Positions 33,992 to 42,354 of a DNA stretch of 42,354 nucleotides are shown here, in pieces (the stretch's first letter is position 1; each line of letters starts with the position of its first letter). This DNA comes from Thermoleophilia bacterium (lineage in GTDB: Bacteria > Actinomycetota > Thermoleophilia > UBA2241), in assembly GCA_017882325.1 (NCBI GenBank), contig JADGPQ010000003.1:1-42354 (forward strand), read 5' to 3'. The notes beneath the pieces were generated by a model. It had not been told where the DNA came from. It saw nothing but the letters and a program-made list of their open reading frames with translations, and ran no database searches. Both the position numbers and the translations under genes were made by a program.

Positions 33992-35526
33992 GCGCCGGCA
34001 CCCGCGCCTTCGACGCCCCGGCCGGACTCGGGCAGCGCCGGGGCTCGCTCGGCCGCCGCCAGTCGCGACCGCGAGATGACGGCCAGGCCCAGCCCGTAGA
34101 GGATCCATACCGGGGCGAAGCCGACTGAGCTGCTGGGGCCTACGGCGCCGATAGTCCATCCCAGCAAGGCGAGCACCGTCCCGCTGGCCAGGTATCTGGT
34201 GAAGGCGTCGGGATCGCGCCGCGCGATGGGCCACAGAGTGAGGAGGAGCAGCAGAAAGAAGACCAGGTGCAGGGCGAAGCCCACCAGCCCGCCGTCCGCG
34301 TAGGTCTCGAACCACCAGTTGTGCAGGTTGGAGATGCCGAGGGCGTTGATACCCGACGAGATGATGCCCTCCGCCTGTCCGGGGCCGACGCCGAGGAGGA
34401 AGCTCCCGCCGGCGATCTCCAGTCCGCGGCTGGTCAGGTTCGTGCGAATGTCGCCCGAGCCCTTGCCGGCCTGCGCCTGGCTGAGCAGCGCTTCCAGGCG
34501 AAACTGGCGCAGCATGTCGCTCTGTGAGTTGTTGAACAAGAGGTAGGCGGCGGCGACCACGAGCACGATGGCCACGGTGGCGCCCAGGAGCTTGCCGGTG
34601 CGCGCCGAGAGGCGAGCGCCCAAGTGCCGGAACAGGAAGGCGGCGGCCACCGTGGAGACCCCGGCGGCCACGAGGCTCGAGCGTGAGCCGGTGCGCACGA
34701 AGGCGGCTGCGCCGACCAGGATGAAAAGCGCGTCCAGCGCGAGCCACGACGCCTTGCGCGTAAAGAAGAACGCACAGAGCATGAACGGCCAGCAGAAAGC
34801 CAGATACGTGGCGAGGTCGTTCTGATTGACGAAGACGCTGGTGACGGCGTAGGGCTGGGAGGTCACCGCGTTGCTGAGGCGCGAGGTCGGCAGGCGGATG
34901 CCGAAGCGCGCCTCGAGCAGAGTGAAGCCGACGACGAAGCCGTACGCAAGAATCAGTGCGTAGCCGAGCCAGCGGAGGCGACGGCGGCTGCCTCCGGCGG
35001 CCGCCGTCGCCAGTACGAGCGCGACCATGGTAACGACGATAGCGATGTAGTTGAAGGCGATGGCCTTCGACGGGGACCAGGCGATCCCCACGAAAAGCCA
35101 CGCCAACCACAGCGCGAGTGGCGACAACACGTCCGTCGCGGCGAAGGGCAGCGGAGCGCGCCGCACGACAAGATACGTCACCCCCACCGCGACCACCAAG
35201 GCCAGAACGATGCGGAACAGGAATACCTGGGGGAAGCCGGGGATGGCGAACGATGGGCCGAGAAGGGCTGCCGCGGGCAGCACCACGAGGCCCACCGCGA
35301 GGAACGCGCCGACTTCGACACGGGCGAGGCGCCCCCGATACAGGAGGACCAGCGCTACCACGGCGAGCACGACCAGCAGAACCAGTCCCTGGAGCGGTCG
35401 GCGCGTGAGGGCTACAGCGAAGAGGACGGTGAGGCCTGCACCGGCGGCGATGAGCCCGACGTCGGCGCGGGTGAAGCGACGTCTCGTGGGGGCTGCAGCC
35501 GTTGGTGGTCCGGCGCCGGCGCTCAT
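33988..35526 (-). CDS. O-antigen ligase / Wzy-type polymerase (TuaE-like)
   Basis: About 12 TM helices; F.NQNDLA.YL, TGSRS, S.DIR, G.GPG, NLHNWWFE...GLVG. Confidence 0.87.
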   Translation of the reverse strand: MSAGAGPPTAAAPTRRRFTRADVGLIAAGAGLTVLFAVALTRRPLQGLVLLVVLAVVALVLLYRGRLARVEVGAFLAVGLVVLPAAALLGPSFAIPGFPQVFLFRIVLALVVAVGVTYLVVRRAPLPFAATDVLSPLALWLAWLFVGIAWSPSKAIAFNYIAIVVTMVALVLATAAAGGSRRRLRWLGYALILAYGFVVGFTLLEARFGIRLPTSRLSNAVTSQPYAVTSVFVNQNDLATYLAFCWPFMLCAFFFTRKASWLALDALFILVGAAAFVRTGSRSSLVAAGVSTVAAAFLFRHLGARLSARTGKLLGATVAIVLVVAAAYLLFNNSQSDMLRQFRLEALLSQAQAGKGSGDIRTNLTSRGLEIAGGSFLLGVGPGQAEGIISSGINALGISNLHNWWFETYADGGLVGFALHLVFFLLLLLTLWPIARRDPDAFTRYLASGTVLALLGWTIGAVGPSSSVGFAPVWILYGLGLAVISRSRLAAAERAPALPESGRGVEGAGAGA

Positions 35527-35532
35527 GCTTGC

Positions 35533-35541
35533 ATCCTATCA
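35533..35541 (-). promoter_or_regulatory. Internal extended -10 (TGATAGGAT), leaderless promoter for the Wzy-like gene
   Basis: 6 nt before ATG 35526; overlaps the upstream TGA stop. Confidence 0.5.
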
Positions 35542-36798
35542 GCGCGCTCGTGGATGATCGCACGGCCGGAGGTGGCCGCCGACTGCCCCGCCGCCCAGGC
35601 CGTCGAGCAGCGCCGCGAGCTCCGCAGTGAGGCGCCCCAACTCGTAGCGCTCCAGGGACGCCGGGTCGGCGAGAGGGGCGCTGCCGTCGCGGGCTGCGCG
35701 CACGAAGGCGGCGAGCGCCTCCGCCATCTGGTCGTCGGGCAGCACGCACGTGCCGCCGCCTACCTCGGCGAACAGTGATCGGGCGGCGGAGCCGGCCGGC
35801 GAGATGGCGAAGACCGGCCGGCCGGCCTGAAGGTATTCGAAGACCTTACTCGACATGCTCTCCGGGCGGCGACCGTTCACGAGCAGCAGGCCGCCGGCCG
35901 CGCGCTGGCACCCCAGGGCGCGGGTGAGCGGCACGAGCGGCTCGACGCGCACGCGGTCGCCGAGGCCGAGTCGGTCGGCGTCGGGCCTCACGCGGCTCTC
36001 GTCAACGCCGACGAAGAGCGCCTTCACGTCGGGCGGTAGGGCCGCGAGGGCGGTGAGAAACGCGCTCACCTGCTGTTCGCGCCCGTACAACCGTCCGGTG
36101 TGCACAAGCCAGAAGCCGGCGCCGAGAGACACGTCGTCCGGCGTCTCGGCGCGGTCGAAGCCGTTGGGCAGCACGTGAGCGCGCCCTGCGATCCACGGAT
36201 GGCGGGCCACCAGGTCGTCGACGATCGGCTGGTTGACCGCCGTGACGGCAGCGGCGCGGTGCAGCGCCCATGCCTCGAGGCGGGCGTGGGCGGCCCTATG
36301 CGCCGCGGTGGGATACGTGCGGAACTGATAGGTGGACCAGGGGTCGCGGTAGTCGGCCAGCCAAGGGAGGCCTGTCATGCGCGCCAGCGTGGCCGCCACG
36401 AGGTGCACGCTGGGCCTCGGCGAGCTCGAGAAGATGGTGTCGAAACGCTCGCCATGCAGCAGCGCGCGCCCTTTGAGCACAGCCGGCCCGACCCAGGTGA
36501 CGTAGGGATCGGGCACGCTGACCCAGCTGTTGACGCGAGTGCTGCGCTTGCCGCCGCCGAGCAGCTGCTTCGGCCACGGCACAGGAGCGCGGACGACGCG
36601 GACGGCGGGCGGCTCTGCCGCCGGCCCGGCGGCCTTCGCCGCCAGCACCGTCGGCTCCCAGCCGTGTTCGGGCAGGTGGCGCAGAAAGCGCACCACGCGC
36701 GTGGTGCCGGCGCTCGCCATGGGCGGGTACGGATTGGCGACGACGAGCAGTCTCTGGAGGGGCGAGCCGGCCTCGCCTGGCTCTTTGCCTCTGTCCAC
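35539..36798 (-). CDS. Glycosyltransferase family 4
   Basis: LLVVANPYPP...GT.R, PDPY..W, ADYRDPW, NGFD, HTGRLY, SKVFEYL. Exact start uncertain. Confidence 0.9.
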   Translation of the reverse strand: MDRGKEPGEAGSPLQRLLVVANPYPPMASAGTTRVVRFLRHLPEHGWEPTVLAAKAAGPAAEPPAVRVVRAPVPWPKQLLGGGKRSTRVNSWVSVPDPYVTWVGPAVLKGRALLHGERFDTIFSSSPRPSVHLVAATLARMTGLPWLADYRDPWSTYQFRTYPTAAHRAAHARLEAWALHRAAAVTAVNQPIVDDLVARHPWIAGRAHVLPNGFDRAETPDDVSLGAGFWLVHTGRLYGREQQVSAFLTALAALPPDVKALFVGVDESRVRPDADRLGLGDRVRVEPLVPLTRALGCQRAAGGLLLVNGRRPESMSSKVFEYLQAGRPVFAISPAGSAARSLFAEVGGGTCVLPDDQMAEALAAFVRAARDGSAPLADPASLERYELGRLTAELAALLDGLGGGAVGGHLRPCDHPRAR

Positions 36799-36880
36799 GC
36801 GTCGACGTGCTTGCAGGTCCGTGGTTCCTCCGGAGCCGGTGGGAGCGGTCTCGCGCGGCGGCGGCCGCCGTCGGGTGGCT

Positions 36881-36889
36881 ATTCTACCA
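36881..36889 (-). promoter_or_regulatory. Extended -10 (TGGTAGAAT) upstream of the GT4 gene
   Basis: Consensus-like TGn-TANNNT in the intergenic region. Confidence 0.5.
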
Positions 36890-36958
36890 GAGGGGCGTGA
36901 CCGTCAGCCTCGCGTCGGCGGCTCGGCGGCGCACGGTGCGGCTCGGCCAGCCGCACGG

Positions 36959-38077
36959 TCAGCGCCGCGGAGCGCCGAGGTCCTTGGGCAACTGCTCGGC
37001 GTGCGCTTCGGACGCGGCGAGCTGCTCCGCTGCCAGCGGTGACGAGCCGCGGCGCCGGGCGCGGGTCATGACCTCGCCGACCTTGAGCCCGGCGGTGTGC
37101 AGCTCGATGAGCGGCTGCGGCAGGAGGTGGTGGCGCGCGCCGTCGTCGGGCCAGCTGCGCAGGCCGGCGCTGGCCAGGCTGCGCCGGTCGACTTCACCGG
37201 CGAGGCCGACCACGGCGAGGTGGGGGGCGGCGGCCGCAAGGGTGGCCGCGTCGATCCAGCCGCCGGGCCCGACTGTGCGAGCGTCCGGCTGGGCGGGGCA
37301 CAGCACCAGGGCGTCGGCCTCGGCGAGACGGCCGCGAGCGGCCGCGTCTCCGAGGCCGTCCCCGACCTTCTCGCCCCCGTAAAGGCTGACGCGGCCGGCA
37401 CCCTCGGGTGCCGCGACGAGTACGCGGGCGCCGGCTTGGGCCAGGCCGCGCGCGACCTTGGCATACGCCGCTCCGTCGCCGGCCACGAGCACAGTGGCGC
37501 CCACGACCTCGACGCCCAGCCGGAGAAGTCCCCAAACGGCCTCCATGGCGAGGTAGCGGAAGAGGTCGATGTCGTCCTCGTCCACGCCGGCCACGGCGAT
37601 GGCTCCTCTGCGGCACGTGGCGACGTCCACGTCGGCGGTGCGCCAATGAACGACGCCGCGCATGAGGGTCACCGCGGCCGTGTCGGCGACATTGCGCACG
37701 ATCGCCTCGTCGATTGGGCGCACCCCGGGGAGGTCGGTCACGATGTCCACGCCGGCGAGCGGCGCCTGCAGGCGCGTCGGCAGGACGTGCACACGGTCCT
37801 GGATGCTGCCGAGCCGGGCGAGATACTCCGTCTGCTGCTCCGCCTCCTTGCGCGACGCCTGTACGCTGTCGCGGGCCACGGCGTACACCTCGTCCGCTCC
37901 CGCCAGAGCGGCGATCGCCGGCGTGATGCGGCGGTAGCCCACGCCGGCCTCGGTGAGCACGCGGAGACCGTGCAAGTCCAGCCTGTGCCGCTCGATGGAA
38001 CGCCGGATGAGGCGCAGCACGTGGAGCCCGGGAAAGGCCTCGTCGCAGGCGAAGCGCGGATCGGGGAGGTCGTTCAT
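36959..38077 (-). CDS. Hypothetical protein, probable Rossmann-like NAD-binding fold (2-hydroxyacid dehydrogenase/AHCY-like)
   Basis: VLTEAG.G, DVDVATCRRGAIAVAG and VLVAGDG recall the domain junction of D-2-hydroxyacid dehydrogenases; TAAGAT-N6-ATG promoter. Confidence 0.65.
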   Translation of the reverse strand: MNDLPDPRFACDEAFPGLHVLRLIRRSIERHRLDLHGLRVLTEAGVGYRRITPAIAALAGADEVYAVARDSVQASRKEAEQQTEYLARLGSIQDRVHVLPTRLQAPLAGVDIVTDLPGVRPIDEAIVRNVADTAAVTLMRGVVHWRTADVDVATCRRGAIAVAGVDEDDIDLFRYLAMEAVWGLLRLGVEVVGATVLVAGDGAAYAKVARGLAQAGARVLVAAPEGAGRVSLYGGEKVGDGLGDAAARGRLAEADALVLCPAQPDARTVGPGGWIDAATLAAAAPHLAVVGLAGEVDRRSLASAGLRSWPDDGARHHLLPQPLIELHTAGLKVGEVMTRARRRGSSPLAAEQLAASEAHAEQLPKDLGAPRR

Positions 38078-38083
38078 GTGCTC

Positions 38084-38089
38084 ATCTTA
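38084..38089 (-). promoter_or_regulatory. -10 element (TAAGAT), leaderless
   Basis: 6 nt upstream of ATG 38077. Confidence 0.45.
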
Positions 38090-38253
38090 CTTCTCCCTGC
38101 GCCGGCGAGTTCTGCGGAGCCGGGCCCGGACCTCGAGGGAGTGCTCCGAACCGGGAGCGGCGCGCGAGCGTCACACCGTGGGGATCCGGGTCGGCGCGCC
38201 TGGGGCTCTGGTCTATACTGAAACCTCGCGCCGGCAGAGAAAGGACCGCCCTC

Positions 38254-39207
38254 GTGCGCATCACGTTCCGTCCCACGACGGCACTCGCTTTCGTCGTCAG
38301 CATCTGTGTGCTGCTGGCCGCCGTGGCCGGCGCCTTCGCGCCGGCGGCGGCGGCGGCCCCCGGCGCCGTCCAGATCGACGACTTCCTCGCGGTTCACGGT
38401 TCGCCGATGACCGGCACGGGCGCTACCTTCGTGGCCGAGGGCCGGGCGCACGGCGTCGACCCGGCCTTCCTCGTCGCCATCGCGGGCGCCGAGACGAGCT
38501 TCGGCGAGTTCCTGTACTCCGAGAATGGCGACCAGTGCACGTACAACGCCTTCAACTGGTTCTTCGGCCCCACATGGCCGCAGAGCGACTTCGGGTCGTG
38601 GGACGAGGCCATCGCGCGTGTGGCCGAGGGTCTCTCCGGTCCGCTGTACTACGGCGTCGGCCTCTACTCCGTGGACACCATCGCACCACGCTACTGCCCG
38701 GACGGCACGGGCAACTGGGTCAGCAACGTCACGTCCTTCATGACCCAGCTTGGCGGGAACTCCGCCGATACCCGTCTTGCCGATGGGTCCGCGCTGCCGC
38801 CGGACACGCAGCCCGGGCTCGTTGCGCTCGACGGCTCGGTGACGCTGGCCGGCGGTGCGCGCGAGGTCGGAAGAGACGTCAGGGTGCGCTTCACGATCAC
38901 CAACACCGGCGGCCGCCCCATCGCCCTCGAGGGCATCAGGCTGGCGGTGCGCGGCCCTACCGGCGTCAGGGCCGACCTGGTCTCCGACCGGGCGGTCACG
39001 CTGGCGCCGAGCCAGCGGCTCGCCGTCTCCGCGTCGTGGCCCCTCGACACGGTCGGCGCGTGGCACGGCTGGATCGAAGTGGTGCAGAACGGCGAGCCGA
39101 GCCTCGTCGGCGAGCAGCAGGCTTTCGCCTTCCGCGTCAGCCTGCCGCGCGACCTGGTCGTGCGCCGCTGGATCATGGCCGATTCGAGCCTCAGCTCGCC
39201 GGATTGA
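38254..39207 (+). CDS. Secreted lysozyme-fold glycosidase (GH73/glucosaminidase-like) with a C-terminal Ig-like domain
   Basis: Signal peptide; GVDPAFLVAIAGAETSFG (catalytic Glu), NAFNW, RYCP; VRFTITNTG beta-sandwich; AAAGGA SD. Confidence 0.75.
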   Translation: MRITFRPTTALAFVVSICVLLAAVAGAFAPAAAAAPGAVQIDDFLAVHGSPMTGTGATFVAEGRAHGVDPAFLVAIAGAETSFGEFLYSENGDQCTYNAFNWFFGPTWPQSDFGSWDEAIARVAEGLSGPLYYGVGLYSVDTIAPRYCPDGTGNWVSNVTSFMTQLGGNSADTRLADGSALPPDTQPGLVALDGSVTLAGGAREVGRDVRVRFTITNTGGRPIALEGIRLAVRGPTGVRADLVSDRAVTLAPSQRLAVSASWPLDTVGAWHGWIEVVQNGEPSLVGEQQAFAFRVSLPRDLVVRRWIMADSSLSSPD

Positions 39208-39235
39208 CGCTCCTCACGGCCCGGACGCACCATCC

Positions 39236-40819
39236 TCACTGACGCGGCGTGACCTCGTAGATGTTGGAGGTCGGCGTCTTGGAGATTGGCCGCACGTCGT
39301 AGTGCTGCGCGAGGATCCCCAAGATCTGCAGGCGGTTCCGGTGATCGTTGCCGCCGCCCATGAAGGCGCCGTAGAATCCGTCGTCCCCTATGCGCGACGA
39401 CCAGGACTGCGGGCGCGCCAGCACCTGCGTCTGGGTGCCCGCGAACACCGGCGTGTCGCCCGGCACCGCCCAGAGAAAGCGTGGGAGCTCGCCGGGGCCC
39501 ACGTTGTCCATCAGGATGGCGCTCGCCGAGCGCAGCCGGTCGAGCGGCACGCGCTGCTGGCTGCCGAAGAGCAGCGGCGTCGCGAGGGTCGTGGGCAGGA
39601 GAACGAGCAGGCAGAACGCGGCCACCAGCAGTGGCCGCCAGCGCGGCCAAGGGGCGAACGCGAGCAGCGGTAGGAACGCGAAGAAGGGCCAGGCCATCGC
39701 CAGGTAGCGGCTGCTGAGCAGCGGCGGCCGACTGAGGAAGGCGAGGTTCTGCAGGCAGACGCCGCCGGCCGTCACGACGAGGAAGAAGAGGACGGTCCAC
39801 CATCCGGGGCGGGCGCCGCGCACGGCGGCGACGACGGCGCGGCGCGAGCGCGGCACGAGGAGGGCAACAACGACTGCCGCGAGCACGGCGAAGGCCACGG
39901 GTGCCCCTACGGGCCGGGGCAGCCCGGCGGCCCTCCCGAGCGTCTGGCCGATCGAGGCGGCTTTCTCGTACAACACCTGACTAGTGAAGCCGCCTATGCG
40001 AGAGCCCTCACGCCCGAAGGCGTGTACGAAGCCGGGCGTGAGGGCAGCGGCCAGCACGACGCCGGCGGCGATGCCGGCGACGGCCGGCGCCCACGGCCGG
40101 CGCTGCTCCGTGCGCCGCGAGATCAGGTGCGCGGCGACAGCGAAAACCACGCCGCCGAGCAGCAGCAGGATCGTCTGGTAGTGCGTCATGAGCGCCGCGC
40201 AGGCGGCGGCGGCGAGCCAGACTGTGTCCGGCCAGCGTCGCCGCTCCCCCGGCGCCGTGACCCGCACCAGACCCCAGACAAACAGCACGGTGAACAGCGC
40301 CACGAGGTCGTATTGGCGCGTGAGTATCGAGATGCTCACCACCGCTGGGCTCAGCGCCCACGCGAGCACCACGAGCGACGACTCCAGCCGCTCGAAGCCG
40401 AGGGCGCGCGCCAGCCCGAACAGGGCGAGCATCGTCAGCGGGGCGAAGACGAGATTGAGCGCCGGCCCAGCCCAGTGGTGCATGCCCGTAAGCATCAGCC
40501 ACAGGTGGAGCAGGTAGAAGTACAGCGGCGGGTGAACGTCGTAGGCCGCCAGGTCCGGGCCGATGTGGGCGAGGTCGCCGAGCTTGTCCGACTGCCAGTA
40601 GTACTGCCAGGCGCTGGCCGGCACCCAACGGCCGCTGAGGCCGCTCTGCATGGCCTTCTCGAAGGCCCCGAGGCGGCCCGAGGCCGTGGCGTAGGACCAC
40701 GCCTCGTCGTGCTGGACGTTGGGATTGGCGCCCATCGCGTCGACGCGCACGCCGAGTCCGACGAGCACGGCCACGACCAGCGCGACCACGGCGAGCCTAT
40801 CGAGGCGTCTGCCGCTCAC
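39236..40819 (-). CDS. GT-C superfamily membrane glycosyltransferase (PMT_2/ArnT-like)
   Basis: HDEAWS after TM1, DVHPPLYFYLL, RQYDL, MTHY, SRYL; many TM helices. Confidence 0.83.
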   Translation of the reverse strand: MSGRRLDRLAVVALVVAVLVGLGVRVDAMGANPNVQHDEAWSYATASGRLGAFEKAMQSGLSGRWVPASAWQYYWQSDKLGDLAHIGPDLAAYDVHPPLYFYLLHLWLMLTGMHHWAGPALNLVFAPLTMLALFGLARALGFERLESSLVVLAWALSPAVVSISILTRQYDLVALFTVLFVWGLVRVTAPGERRRWPDTVWLAAAACAALMTHYQTILLLLGGVVFAVAAHLISRRTEQRRPWAPAVAGIAAGVVLAAALTPGFVHAFGREGSRIGGFTSQVLYEKAASIGQTLGRAAGLPRPVGAPVAFAVLAAVVVALLVPRSRRAVVAAVRGARPGWWTVLFFLVVTAGGVCLQNLAFLSRPPLLSSRYLAMAWPFFAFLPLLAFAPWPRWRPLLVAAFCLLVLLPTTLATPLLFGSQQRVPLDRLRSASAILMDNVGPGELPRFLWAVPGDTPVFAGTQTQVLARPQSWSSRIGDDGFYGAFMGGGNDHRNRLQILGILAQHYDVRPISKTPTSNIYEVTPRQ

Positions 40820-40837
40820 CGGCTCAGCGCATCACAT

Positions 40838-42226
40838 TCAGAACTGGAAATAGAGGAACGGGCTCGGCTTGCTGAGCGCCAGCAATGAGGCCCCCAGCAA
40901 CAGCCCGAGCACGAGCGCGTAGCGCAGTTTGGGCTGCGGTTTGATCTCCCAGGTGTTGGGGAGGAAGTTCACCCACACGAGGCCGCCGATGATGAACCCC
41001 GCGAGCACCGGCGCCAGCGTCCCGCCTCCGCTCACGCCCTTGAGGCCGAACATCGCCGCGAGCACGTCCAGGGCCGAGCGCATGGACGTGGCGCGGAAGA
41101 ACACCCAGGCCAGCGTGGCGGCCAGGAAGGTCAGCAGGCGGTTGAGCCACACCCAGGACGGCGTGAACCCCTTCTTGCGCGCCACCACGTGCACCGCCTG
41201 GAAGACGCCCCACAGCAGTCCCCAGAACACGAAAGTCCAGGCCGGGCCGTGCCACAGGCCGGCAAGCAGGAAGGTGATGAGCAGGTTGCGTACTGTCATG
41301 AAGGTCGTGCCGCGTGAGCCGCCCAGCGGGATGAAGAGGTAGTCGCGGAGCCACGACGACAGGGACATGTGCCAGCGCCGCCAGAAGTCCGACGGGTTGA
41401 CCGCCTTGTAGGGAGAGTCGAAGTTCTGCGGGAAGCGCAGGCCGATCATGAAGGCCACGCCCACCGCCATGTCGGAGTACCCGCTGAAGTCGAAGTACAG
41501 CTGAAGTGTGTAGCCCAGGGCGGCGCCCCAGCCCGACAGCAGTCCGAGGTGGCCGTGGCGCGCAAACAGATCGTTGACGTAGGGCGCCATCATGTCGGCG
41601 ACCAACATCTTTTTGGCGAGGCCCATGACGAGGAAGAAGAGGCCGGTGCCGATGAGGCTGAGCCGGAACCTCTGCTGGGCGTGCTCGAGCTGCTCGCCCA
41701 CGTGGCCGTAGCGAATGATGGGCCCGGCCAGCAGGTAGGGGAACAGCGTCGCCCAGGCGAGGTAGTGGATCACGGACTTGGCCGGGGGGATCATCCCCCG
41801 GTAGACGTCGACCGCGTACGAGATGGCGGCGAACGTGTAGAAGGACACGCCGACCGGCAGCAGCACCCGCAACCGGGGCAGTGGCTCGCCCATCCCCATG
41901 AGCTTGAAGAGGCCGTCCATGGAGCCGAAGAAGAAGCCGCGGTACTTGAAGTAGGCGAGCAGCCCGATGTTGACGGCGACGGCGGCGGTGAGCAGCAGCT
42001 TGCGCCGTCGCGGGCCCTTGCTGCGCACGAGCGCCCACCCCGCGGCCCAGTCTGTAAGGGTGGTGACGAGGAGCAGCGGGATGTAGCGCCAGTCCCACAG
42101 CCCGTAGAAGACGCACGACGCGACGATCAGGAAGGTGAGGCGGGCGTAGCCGCGCGGGATCAGCCAGTAGAGAAGGACGACGACCGGCAGAAAGAAGAAG
42201 AGGAAGCCGAAGCTGTTGATGAACAC
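40838..42226 (-). CDS. MBOAT O-acyltransferase (AlgI/PatA/DltB-like)
   Basis: LPVGVSFYTF, AGPIIR, QLYFDFSGYSDMAVG, NF.SPY, FWRRWHMSLSSWLRDYLFIPLGG, GLWHG, PFLYFQF. Confidence 0.95.
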   Translation of the reverse strand: MFINSFGFLFFFLPVVVLLYWLIPRGYARLTFLIVASCVFYGLWDWRYIPLLLVTTLTDWAAGWALVRSKGPRRRKLLLTAAVAVNIGLLAYFKYRGFFFGSMDGLFKLMGMGEPLPRLRVLLPVGVSFYTFAAISYAVDVYRGMIPPAKSVIHYLAWATLFPYLLAGPIIRYGHVGEQLEHAQQRFRLSLIGTGLFFLVMGLAKKMLVADMMAPYVNDLFARHGHLGLLSGWGAALGYTLQLYFDFSGYSDMAVGVAFMIGLRFPQNFDSPYKAVNPSDFWRRWHMSLSSWLRDYLFIPLGGSRGTTFMTVRNLLITFLLAGLWHGPAWTFVFWGLLWGVFQAVHVVARKKGFTPSWVWLNRLLTFLAATLAWVFFRATSMRSALDVLAAMFGLKGVSGGGTLAPVLAGFIIGGLVWVNFLPNTWEIKPQPKLRYALVLGLLLGASLLALSKPSPFLYFQF

Positions 42227-42258
42227 GGCTTCCCCTCAGTCCCCGGCGGCCGCTCGCG

Positions 42259-42354
42259 TCACTTGGGGATGCCCCCCGTCTGCTTGAGCACGTAGTCGAT
42301 GGCGCGGCGCGTGTTGACCGTGGTCATGTGCACGCCGTCGTCGAACTGCTTGGG
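42259..42354 (-). CDS. C-terminal fragment of a probable SGNH-hydrolase-like (AlgJ/DltD-type) partner of the MBOAT
   Basis: Open frame from the window end: PKQFDDGVHMTTVNTRRAIDYVLKQTGGIPK*, with a DxxH motif; immediately upstream of the MBOAT gene. Confidence 0.6.
   Translation of the reverse strand, partial: PKQFDDGVHMTTVNTRRAIDYVLKQTGGIPK

Noticed and set aside
32816-35749. 977-aa ORF suggesting a large fusion glycosyltransferase
   Set aside because: The N-terminal ~586 codons are an Arg-rich alternate frame over the Wzy-like gene; the GT4 starts at GTG 33991.

Overview
High-GC bacterial window, probably Actinomycetota (the gene content and frequent leaderless promoters fit Thermoleophilia-like lineages; this is inference). 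It has about 35 CDSs. I found no rRNA, tRNA, CRISPR array or transposase. Left part: an L,D-transpeptidase; a dTDP-L-rhamnose operon (small hypothetical-rmlA-rmlC-rmlD-rmlB-GNAT); an orphan peptide-binding protein with a C-terminal anchor; HNH and rarA; an acidic YtxH protein; and a membrane M28 pseudo-peptidase. Middle part: a two-component system coupled to XdhC, MocA-HD and HAD genes; a stand-alone trpB2; a REC-degenerate GGDEF-EAL protein; and a ureohydrolase plus a nitrilase-family amidase. Right part (about 23.7-42.3 kb): a surface-polysaccharide locus with Wzz and Wzy, four GT4s, three ATP-grasp ligases, two deacetylases, a GT-C, an MBOAT and a partial SGNH gene. Best candidates for something new: (1) an unannotated 22-aa Trp leader peptide (MTTNDANSRSTSRPRRRWLWRA) upstream of trpB2, with no intrinsic terminator; (2) a deacetylase/ATP-grasp module that may re-acylate a wall glycan; (3) two probable CTG start codons; (4) a Gaa1-like M28 pseudo-enzyme. 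All family calls come from motifs read by eye, not from database searches.
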